Source: Anaeramoeba ignava BMAN (lineage: Eukaryota; Protista; Anaeramoebae). Taken from it: a stretch of DNA of 64,000 bases. The stretch covers positions 1 to 64,000 of the forward strand of contig JAPDFW010000134.1 in assembly GCA_028826165.1 (NCBI GenBank), written 5' to 3'. Shown here one piece after another: positions 49,961-61,619 of this stretch. A program made the translations under genes and the position numbers. The notes under the pieces were generated by a model that saw nothing but the letters and a program-made list of their open reading frames with translations, was not told the DNA's origin and searched no databases. How positions within the stretch are numbered: the first letter of the stretch is position 1; each line of letters begins with the position of its first letter.

Positions 49961-52900
49961 TCAAAAATCAATTAAATTTAAACTTGTTAAACTTGGAGCT
50001 AATTGACGTTTTAATTCTCTGAACATTTTTGTTAATTTTGAATGCAAAGGACGAAATTCATCAGAAACAAGAACATTATGTAACTTTAATCCTTCTTCAA
50101 CAACTTCTTGTTGTTTTTTCAAAGCAAGTTTTAATCGAACAACTAAATGTTCATCATTAGGACTTTCAAGTAAATATTCATCAACAAAAAAAGCTTGTTG
50201 ATATTTCAAAACACCTCCATTAACAGCAGCATCAATTACTCCATTTAATGACATTGTAAGTGGATTAAAGTTTTCATTTTGATGAGTTTTATAGTAAGAA
50301 ATCTTGTTAATCAATTCAATGTTTTTGTTTTCTGTTGTATTAACTGCATTTTGAATAGGAGTTAAAATTTTGATTTTCTTTTCAACTGAACGTAATCTTC
50401 TTCTTACGTTTGGAAATGGTTCTTCTAAAATTAAATATTCATTTCTTAACCATAAATCTTTAAACTCATTTTTGAGTGATTTATCTTTTCTAAAAGGTTT
50501 TGAATAAAGAAAAACATTAATATTTGTATTTTTTCCTGTTTTGAATAACTTGTTGAGGAATTTTATGATTAAATGGAGGAGATTCATCATTTAACTAAAT
50601 AAATTAATATTCATTTTAATATTAAATTAAAAATTCAAATTCAAATTCAAAATTTAATTTGTTTACTTCATCCATTGATGATGGTGTTAATGCTGCAACT
50701 TGAATATACATTCCTTCTCCTTCTCTTTGTTCTTGAGATGGATCATCTGTTCCAATAATTGAACCTGGATATTTCAATTTAATTTTCTCAATAAATTCAG
50801 ATACTCTTTCCAATAATTCGCCTTTATAAACAAATTCGCTATCCTTCAAATCAATATACTTATCATCATCAAAACCCTTTCCATAATATCCAACTCTAAA
50901 ATAAGAGGGATAGACTCTGCTATCATTAATTAAATTACGAAATAATTCCAATTCTTTTCTTAAAGATTGCTGCAAATTAAAGTAATCAAATTTTGTGAAT
51001 TCAAAATAACTTGAAAGTTCTCTATTATATTTAATTGCAGTTTCCCAAGATTTTCCTTGATTCAAACAATCAACAGCAAGTTTAATGATTTTCTGTTTTC
51101 GTTCTGTTGATATTTCTCTTGGAAATCCAAATTCTTTGGGTTCTATTTTTTTCGAACTCCATGACAATAATTCTGAATATAATAAAAGTGTATTTCCTGA
51201 TTCAATACTATTATTAAATTGTTGATTTAAATTGTATAACATTCTTATATATCTTGGAATCATAAAATATTGTTTTTTCTTTCTTAAAAATTCTATTAAT
51301 CGGATTATTGCTTCTGATTTTTCATCTTCCAATCCTTGCAAATCCTGATATTTTCTTAATAAGAATATTTGTGCAATAATTTCTTTTAATTGATCAAGGA
51401 AAAATTTTCCCTAAATTATATGAAATTTATATTAAAAATTAAAAATTAAAAATTGATTTGAATTGAAATTAAAATTGAATTTTCTACTTTTTTCTCAAGT
51501 TCAAAGTTATTTTGAAATTTATCAATCATATAAGGAAAAAATATCTTTTCAAACTTATTATAATTTCCTTTCTTCATTGCTTTATCGACAATTCCCAAAG
51601 TATTTTGTTCAACAGTAGCAAAATCACCAGTTTTTGAGAATTCAAAAACAATCGTTTCATAATACAATTCAAGACCAATTCTTTGCAATCTGGAATTATC
51701 CAACAAAATCAAGGATAGAAATGGGTCAATTAAATCAGGCATTAAATCCAAACGATTATCACCACAAATCTTCCACATTCTTCGAACAATATTTGCGGCT
51801 TCTTGTCGCATATCTCCTTTACTATCCAAAATATTGAGTTGAGTTGTATAATTTGGTAAAAGTTCGATTTGAAGATCATTTGCATTAATAAAATTCACGC
51901 AAAGCAAGAAGAATTTCAACCAAAGATCCTTTTGGTAATTTTCGTCTGTTTGTGCTAATAAAATATTGATGGATCTTCGGATGATCTTCAATATTATCGA
52001 ATAATGAAATAGCTGTATTTCTTGTGCATCTTTTGGATATATTTTGTTTTTGCGAGATTCTGTCAAAAATTCAAACAATTCAAAAAGAGAGGATTTTGGT
52101 GATCTTCTTGAATAAGTTTCTGCAATCGCTCCAAGTAAATAATCCAAACTTGAGAATTCCAAAAAATGAAACATTGAGAGTAAAATTGAAACAATTTCTT
52201 CTTTTAAATCATTTTTTTCCTTGATAAGATCTATTTCTTGCAGTTTCTGTTCCTCTCCCATTTCTTTTGCTTGAGAAATTTCATTGAGAAAGGAATTATT
52301 TTCTCGGAATGCCAACATTAACAAAGATGGAAATTGTGCAAGTCCAGTAAGTTGTATTTTGAGAATTTCTTCCTTTTCTAAAAATCCTATCATAATTTCA
52401 TTTGGCATTTGGTTTGTTTCTTGGTTTTGTGCATCTATTTGTTGTTCTGATAAATTTTGTATTTTCACTAAAATATTCCTTAAAATTGTGGTTGATTTTG
52501 CAATGTTTTCCTCACTTGCCAAAATATTTTCTTCCACTCTTTTAAGTAATAACGGCAATATAACACATTGTGATTTTGCTGAATCCATAAACACTCCATT
52601 TGAAAATTCAATTAAAAAATTCATTTTTTCAGCATCAAGTTCTTTTCTTCCTTCAGAAATACTTTGGAATATTGAGTCCATAAACGCAATAATCATTGTG
52701 ATATCAAATACTTTTGTCAATTCAACAGTAATTGGATATAATTTCTTCAATATTAACACTTGTGCTCCATTAATCCACTCAGGTTTTAAACGTTGAAACA
52801 AGCGGTTAATTGTTTCCAATAGCTGAATCATATCCTGATCAAATTTCATATCCTGAACCGCTTTTGGATCAATTTTGATTTCAAGCATTCTTGAGTTGAT

Positions 52901-55900
52901 TATCAATTCAAACAAATATCCCATTTCTTTGATTGCTTTTCTCATTTGAACTCCTGTTTCTTCGTTATCATAGTTTTCGATATAACCCAAAAGTTGTTGG
53001 ATAAACCATGTGTAAATTTTGGATAAATATTTCTTCTTGTTTTCGTCTTGTTGGATAAAGAACCTATCATTAATATAATCTTTTAAAATGATTTTGAAAC
53101 TTTGTAATTGTGATTCAATTGATGTGATAATTTCAATAAATCCATCAAAAATGGTTTTTTGTATTTTTTCTCCATATTCAGAAACAATTTCAAAAAGATT
53201 ATCAAAAATTATTCCAATAAACTATAAAACAAAGAAATAAAATAAAATTTATATATATATATATATTTTTTTGTGTTTTGAATAATTCAAAATCAAAATA
53301 CTGGGAGTATTTCATTAAGATTAACCGATGTGATGTTATTCATTATATTTGAAAATGATTTAAGATCATTCATATTGATTAATTGTCTCCAATTTAAAAA
53401 AGATATTAATTCAGGAATTTGTGGAATTATTGTTGAACATAAATTGTAATTCACATTTAGTGTATCTTTTGTTGGTGATATTTTGGTTTTGGAATTTGCT
53501 GATATTGTTTGTTTTAAATATATTTTTGGATCTAATTTTGCTTGATGTTTATAAACTGTTAAATTTTCATCATTTTGATTTAATATAACACCATTTTCAT
53601 AAATGTATTTATAACAATATCCAAATATTTTTTCCGGTTTTTCTTTTAAAAAAATTTTCAAATTTAAATTAAAATTAAAATTAAAATTAAATCAAATTTT
53701 AGATTTAAATCTAATACTTGGTTCATTTGGACAACTTAAAAGAGTGAAAAATAAATGAGCTTCTCTTAATAAATGCAAAGGTAAATTGATTCTAATAAAA
53801 GAATTATATATCGGATCTAATCTATGATAATAAATAACACTTTCCCATTTTGAAGTTGGTTTTAATTGATCTCCAGCAAATATTCCATTTGGAATAACAT
53901 CTCCTTTTTCATTTCTTATTTCCATTTCAATCTTAATATTTTTGGTTTTGGAAGTGTGGAAAGCACCTGATTTTATTGTTAGAAATAAATCATTAAAAAA
54001 TTGTGAAGGTAAAACAAGTTGAGGAAGTTTCATGTTTCTTGTTTGAGTTGAAATATTTCGATCAGGAAATAAATCGAGTTCTTTTTTTGGTTGAAGTGTT
54101 AATTTAATTGTTAAATATTCATTATCATGAAATACTCTTGGATCTTCTTCAGAAATTACTAAAATATAATTAAATATAAATATATTTAAAATATATATTT
54201 TTTTTTGATTAATTTTGGATTGGATTTATTACATTCATTCATAATTGGAAAAAAAACTTCTTGTTGTGGAACAAAAATTTTCATAACAAGTTCTTGTGTT
54301 CTGTTTTTATATCCTGTTAATAAATTACTTGAAAATTGTAATGAACTTAATCCAACTGGTCTTTGATATTTTGGAGTTTTTTCTTCAAATTTTCTTTTAA
54401 TTTTTTTTTCTTTAAAAACCATATCACCAATTCTAAATATTTTACAGATTAATTGATGGTTATCGATATCCTGATGCATAATATCCTTTTTTTTTTTGAA
54501 TTTAAATATATTTTGGAATTTAAATATATTTTTTGAATAAATATATTTTAAAATTTAAATATTTTTGGAATTTAAATATTTTAAATATTTTTGGATTTAA
54601 ATATATTTTTAAATAAATATTTTGGATTTAAATATATTTTTGAATTTAAATATATTTTTGGATTTATTTTTGAATTTAAATATATTTTTGGATTTAAATA
54701 TATTTTTGGATTTAAATATTTTTAAAATATTTTTGGATTTAAATATTTTTGGAATTAAATATTTAAATATTTTTGGAATTTAAATATATTTTTGGAATTT
54801 AAATATATTTTGAATTTAAATATATTTTTGAATTTAAATATATTTTTGAATTTAAATATATTTTTGAATTTAAATATATTTTTTTGGAATTTAAATATAT
54901 TTTTGAATTTAAATATATTTTTGAATTTAAATATATTTTTGAATTTAAATATATTTTGAATTTAAATATTTTTTGAAATAAATATTTTTTGGAATTTAAA
55001 TATATATTTTGGAATTTTTATTTTTGGAATTTAAATATTTTTGAATTTAAACATATTTTTGAATTTAAATATTTTTGAATTTAAATATATTTTTAAATAA
55101 ATATTTTGGATTTAAATATATTTTTTGAATTTAAATAAATATTTTGGATTTAAATATATTTTTGAATTTAAATATATTTTTGGATTTAAATATTTTTTAA
55201 TACTTGAAATTCAACAAATTTTGGAGAATCTGGATCTGTAATTGGTTTATGATTTTCATCAAGATATAATGGATATTCTTCAGTTATAAAGACTTCTTTC
55301 TCTGTATTATATAGAGAAAATAATAATATTAATGGTTCTTTAATTTGAATTAAAACTGACTATTGTTTTTTTGAATAAAATCAATTAAATGAGAAATGAT
55401 TTAAAATTATAAATTATATTTTTTACTTTGAATTCAAGAAATAATGAATAAGAAAGTTCTTGTTCTTCTTTTGAAATTTCTTTTGGAATTTCATCCAAAT
55501 CTTCATCTTGTATTTCCTCTTTTTGTTTTTCTTGTTCTTTTTGTTTTTTTTCTTGAGCTTTTTTATAAAGTTGATAATAATCAAGAAAATTAGTATTATC
55601 ATCTTTAGCAATCCAACCTTTTGGAGTTCTAAGTGTATTTGGGATTTTTAAATATTTATTTTCTTCTTCTATTGTTTTGATAACTTCATTTTTCAAAGCA
55701 ATTAAATTTTCCTATTTATATTTATATTTATATTATTTTAAATAATTTAGATTTATATTTATATTTATATTATTTTAAAGATTTATATTTAGATTATATT
55801 TATATTTATATTATTTTAAATATTTAATTTAGATTTATATTTAGATTACTTTGGATAAATGTGGTTTTAACATTGTTTTTCTTAATCCTAAAAGATTCTT

Positions 55901-56393
55901 AATTTGTGGAATAATAGCATTTACTTCTTCTATTTTCTTTTCTTTAAAAAGATGAAACATTATAAGTCTCCATTCTTGAACAACACTTTCAATTTCTAAA
56001 ATAATTGGATCAACTTTTAAATAAAAATGGAATTCAGATTTCATAACTTCAACAATTGAATCAATTTCTTCTTCAATAACTTCAATAAAATTAACAGGAA
56101 ATAAACCAACTCTTCCTGAATTTATACATTTACCTCTAAACCAACCTAAACATTGTTCTTTAATTTCAACATAATCACCAATTTGAAGTGGTAATTGATT
56201 TAATGATTCAGGAACAAAATGATAAAGTGCTTATTTTATTTTTATTTTTATTTTTGTTTTATTTTTTAATTTTGGATTTTTGAAATAATTTTTTTAATAA
56301 ATTATTTTTTTTTTTAATTTTTGGAAAATTTTTTTCATTTTAATTCCTTAACTTACAAACCCCATATTTTTCATATTTCCTCCAATCACCCAT
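49961..56393 (-). CDS. DOCK-family Rac GEF (SH3, C2/DHR-1, DHR-2; DOCK1/2-like)
   Basis: Starts MGDWRKYEKYGV|SLY; SH3 LQIGDYVEIKEQCLGWFRG; C2 NDLFLTI...WESVIYYH...HLFFT; DHR-2 YFRVGYYGKGF and LNGVIDAAVNGG. Nine GT-AG introns (56356-56230, 55849-55712, 55426-55360, 55203-54486, 54232-54159, 53717-53643, 53301-53222, 51487-51411, 50666-50595); one extra A near 50530. Confidence 0.9.
54500..55198 (-). repeat. About 18-nt satellite (TTTTTGAATTTAAATATA) in the 718-nt DOCK intron 4
   Basis: Direct inspection. Confidence 0.88.
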
Positions 56394-56603
56394 TTTTAAA
56401 ATAATAAATTTAAAAAAAAAAAATATTTTAAAAAAAGAATTAGATTTAAAAAGAAGAAAGAAAGAAGAAAAAAAAAATGAAAAAAAAAATGAAAAAAAAT
56501 TTTTTTTATAATTTTTTTTATTTAAAGAAATTTTCCAATTTTAAATTTTAAATTTTAATAATTTTTATTTTGCTTTTTTTTAATAATTTTGGGATCAATC
56601 AAT

Positions 56604-59600
56604 TTAATCTTTTTCATTAAAAATTTCTTCTTTTTCTTTTTTTAAAAATTCTTTTGAAAATGTAAATAATTCTTTATATTTTTCTGATAAATCGATAAAA
56701 GAATGAAAAGAATTTGGATTTGGAATTGGGATTTTAGTTTCAAATTCGAAATCATTAATAATTGGAGAAATGAGATGATTATGAATTAAATTTAATTCTT
56801 GAATTATTTTTTTTTCTGATTCATTTTCATTTGAAAGTTCATTGATTCTTTTTTGAATTTCTTGAACAAAAAGTATTTGAATTGAATTAAATTTTGTATC
56901 TGAAAAAAGGAAATCAAAAAACCATTTATTATTTGGAATTTCCTTTTGATTTTGAATAATTTCATCATTTTGTTTTTTGGAAATCATTTTAATAATATTA
57001 AGAATAATTTTGATTTGGTTAATTTCATTGCTTTGAATTGAAACAATTTTAGGAATTAATTTTTTAATTAAACAAGTAATTATGATTTGAAGAAACCAAA
57101 AAAGATTTTTAGACAGATTTTCTGCAATTGTTTTCTTAATAAAAATGTAATAAATTTGAATCAAAGCTTCAAAAAGTCTGTTTTCTTTTATATTATTTAA
57201 AGCGGATAAAAACTATTTATATTTTTTTATATTTATAATAAAAATTAATTGTTGCTTTTTTAAATAAAAAGAAATCAAATTACTTGTTCTGTATTAACAA
57301 CATGGGCTGAATATTGATATTGAAGTAAAGAAATTTGATTTAAATCAAATGAGTTTTGAAGAATTTCTTGATAAATTAATTGTGCAATTTTTGAAGAGCA
57401 TAATTGATTTTTTTCAGAATTACAAATTGGACAATTCACTCCTTTTTCACACCATGGAAATAATTGAATATTTTTCTGAATATTTTTTTCTATTATTTGT
57501 TGAATATTTTCATTTGGATATTGTTTAGAAAAAACTTCTTGAGCAATAAAAAAATCCATTAATTGATTCTTTTGATTGTAATATGAGTATGCAATCAATC
57601 CCAATAAAGAAGGGTCTTTTTTTTCATCAACCAATTCAACCGATAAATTTTTTTGTATTTTGTTTTTCGATTTATGAAATTTTTCTTTGAAATTTCCCCA
57701 AATTTGGTTTTCTTTTTGTAAATGAAAATTTTGATTGTTATTCGAGATTTCGCTGAAAAGAAGTTTGTTTTCGTTTGCAATTTCATTGGTTAATGGAATT
57801 GGAACCAAATCAGAGAAATTCATCATGTCATCCAAAGCGTTTGAATTTGTGTTTTCAAATTGAGTTGATGGATGTCTATTTTGCAAATAGATTAAACAAT
57901 AACAGTATGCACCATCTGTTTTAAATGAAGATTTAATCACAATATCTTCTGTTACTTCTTCAACAATATCATCTTGAAATTTAATCCATTTCGAATTCAA
58001 ATTGTTATATATAAAAACATAATAATCATTTTCATCATTATTGTTATTTTTTTCTTGCACAAAAATAGCATAAATTGAATAGTTTGTTTCTTGTTTTTCA
58101 TTTCTGATATTTTTTGAAACGAATTTGTCAAGATTTATTGTTTTTTCCAAATGAAAATTATCAGAAATTTTTTGGTTTGTAAAATTCTTATCCAATTCAA
58201 AAAGTAAAATTTGAGGTAAAAAAATAAATTCTTTTTCTAAATTATCAGATTTTTGAGTATTTGCAAATTGCTCCAAACTTGAATAAATAGATTGATAAGA
58301 TGGATTAAATGGAATTGAATTGAAAATGGATTCTTTTACTTGATTTTTTTCTTCTGTAATTTTTCCTGTAAATATTTTTGCGAATTCACCAATAATTTCA
58401 GTTTTAATATTTGGTTCAAATGAATCAATATCTGGAAGTGTTATATCAAAAGGATCGATAATTTCCTTTTTTGAAGAAAAGAAATCTTGTGCAATTTCAG
58501 AAGCTTCATCACATTTACGAATAAAAAAAGAGAGAAAATCTGAAATTTGAGTTTTTTGGAAATCTGAAAAAGGTTGATTTAAAAGATTAATTGCTGATAA
58601 AATTGGTTTTGAAGAAATGAATTTTGATTGAGAATGAGAAAGATAAGCGAAGAATTTTTGGATTGTGAAAAAAACTAGAATAAAATTCAATTAAAATTCA
58701 ATTAAAATTCAATTAAAATTCAATTAAAATTCAATTAAAATTCAATTAAAATTCAATTAAAATTCAATTAAAATTCAATTAAAATTCAATTAAAATTCAA
58801 TTAAAATTCAATTAAAATTCAAATAGAATTCAAATAAAATTCAATTAAAATTCAATTAAAATTCAATTAAAATTCAATTAAAATTCAATTAAAATTTAAT
58901 TAAAATTCAATTAAAATTCAATTAAAATTCAATTAAAATTCAATTAAAATTCAATTAAAATTCAATTAAAATTCAATTAAAATTCAATTAAAATTCAATT
59001 AAAATTCAAAAATTAAAATTTAAATTAAAATTCAATTAAAATTCAATTAAAATTCAATTAAAATTCAATTAAAATTCAATTAAAATTCAATTAAAATTCA
59101 ATTAAAATTTAATTAAAATTCAATTAAAATTCAATTAAAATTCAAATAAATTAAAATTCAATTAAAATTCAATTAAAATTCAATTAAAATTTAATTAAAA
59201 TTCAATTAAAATTCAATTAAAATTCAATTAAAATTCAATTAAAATTCAATTAAAATTCAATTAAAATTCAATTAAAATTCAATTAAAATTCAATTAAAAT
59301 TTAATTAAAATTTAATTAGAATTCAATTAAAATTCAATTAAAATTCAATTAAAATTCAATTAAAATTCAATTAAAATTTAATTAAAATTCAATTAAAATT
59401 CAATTAAAATACAATTAAAATTCAATTAAAATTCAATTAAAATTCAATTAAAATTCAATTAAAATTCAATTAAAATTAAAATTTCTTTTGATTGTTTTTT
59501 ACAAAAAAGAATATCTATTTTTTCTTCAGATAAAATTCCATTATTTTGATTTTCTATATTTTTTAATTGATTTTCTTCAATTTGAAAATGAAAAATCTGT

Positions 59601-60675
59601 TCTAAAAATTGAGGAATAAAATTTAAAGATTGTAGAAAAGAGTTAAAATAAGATGTTTGATTTAATTTCAATAATCCAATAGGAAGGTCTTTTTCTCTAA
59701 TTTTTTCATTTGATTTTAAGTTTTGAATTTGATAAGAAAAATCAAGAAATGATTCTCTATCTCTTTGTTTTTTTTTAAATTGATCAATTTGAAAATTTTG
59801 AAATGATTGTAAAGATTGATTTATTGCAAGAATATAATCAGAATCAAAATCATCATCTTTTTTATTAATTTGGTTATTTTCTAAAAAATGATCTGGTCTT
59901 TCAAAAACATTTGCTTCTATTTTGTTTTTTTTTTTGAATTAAAATTAAAATTAAAATTAAAATTAAAATTAAAATTAAAATTAAAATTAAAATTAAAATT
60001 AAAATTAAAATTAAAATTAAAATTAAAATTAAAATTAAAATTAAAATTATAATTCATTTTAGAAATTAAAATTAAAATTAAAATTAAAATTAATATTAAA
60101 ATTAAAATTATTAAAATTAAAATTAAAATTAAAATTAAAATTAAAATTAAAATTAAAATTAAAATTAAAATTAAAATTAAAATTAAAATTAAAATTAAAA
60201 TTAAAATTAAAATTAAAATAAATTAAAATTAAAATTAAAATTAAAATTAAAATTAAAATTAAAATTAAAAATTAAAATTAAAATTAAAATAAAAATTAAA
60301 ATTAAAATTAAAATTCATTTTAGAAATTAAAATTATAATTAAAATTTAAATTAAAATTAATATTAAAATTAAAATTAATATTAAAATTAAATTAAAATTA
60401 AAATTAAAATTAAAATTAAAATTAATTAAAATTTATGCACCAAATTGTGACTTCTCTTGATTATCAACAAGATTTAAACCTAAACCATCAAATAAATCTG
60501 TACCATCAAAACCAGGAATATCATCATTATAATTATCTTTTTTTTCTTCTTCTAAAAATTGTAAAATTTTCTCATCATTAAAAGAATAAATTTCAATAGC
60601 TCTTAAAACACTTTCTTCTGGAAAACCAAGAGAAACAAAATATTTAACTTTTTCATTTTGAATTTTTTGATTCAT
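56604..60675 (-). CDS. USP25/28-like ubiquitin-specific protease homolog (UBA-like N-terminus, peptidase C19 fold), predicted inactive
   Basis: Exons 60675-60441, 59916-59503, 58674-57284 and 57212-56604. UBA-like FVSLGFPEESVLRAI; Cys box PIGLLKLNQTSYFNSFLQSL; LPQILLFEL; His box YSIYAIFVQ...NDYYVFI...WIKFQDDIV. Confidence 0.78.
58680..59480 (-). repeat. 11-nt satellite AAAATTCAATT in the 828-nt USP intron 2
   Basis: Highly homogeneous tandem array. Confidence 0.92.
59938..60432 (-). repeat. AAAATT satellite in the 524-nt USP intron 1
   Basis: Direct inspection; sense donor is GTGCAT at 60440. Confidence 0.88.
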
Positions 60676-60792
60676 TTCTTTTTTAATTTAATTTAATTTA
60701 ATTTTTTAAAAAAAGGAAAAAAATGAAAATTAAATTTTTTTTTTTGAATTTTTTTTTTCATTTTTTTTCATTTTTCTTTTTTTTTTTTTAAA

Positions 60793-61588
60793 ATGAATTA
60801 TTCACCAAATGAATTTATTGGAACAATAATTATAAATAAAAAGTTAAAATTTCATCATGAATGTTTTATTGGAGATCAAGAAAAAGTGAATGAAATGATT
60901 TCTTCTGATCAAACAGTGTTAAATAATTATGATGATAATGGACTTGCTCCACTTCATCTTGCAGTTCATGGAAATCATTTAAATATAATTGAAATTCTTT
61001 TAAAAAATGGTGCTGATCCAAATATTCGTAAAAAAAATGGAGATCAAACTCCTTTACATTTTGCTGCTTTTTTTGATCGTGTTGAAATTGCTGATTTGTT
61101 GCTTAAATTTAAAGCTAATGCTGATTTAGTTGATGAAAAAGGATGGTGAGTTTTAGTTTATTTTGTTTTTTTTTTTTGAATTAAAAAATTCAAATCTAAT
61201 TTAAAATTTAAAATTTAAAAGGAAATTGCAAGCAAATAATAATTTTAAAAATAAATTAATAAATAAATTAATAAATAATTTAATAAATAAATTAATAAAT
61301 AAATTTATAAATAAATTAATAAACAAATTAATAAATAAATTAATAAATAAATTAATAAATAAATTAATAAATAAATTAATAAATAAATTAATAAATAAAT
61401 TAATAAATAAATTAATTAATAAATAAATTAATAAATAAATTAATAAATAAATTAATAAATAAATAAATAAATTAATAAATAAATTAATAAATAAATTAAT
61501 AAATAAATAAATTAATAAATAAATTAATAAATAAATTAATAAATAACAAATTAATAAATAAATTAATAAATAAATTAATAAAACAAAT

Positions 61589-61619
<31 letters not shown>

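Noticed and set aside
58680-59480. CRISPR array or telomeric repeat
   Set aside because: No spacers, no cas genes and no G-rich strand; it lies inside a spliceosomal intron.
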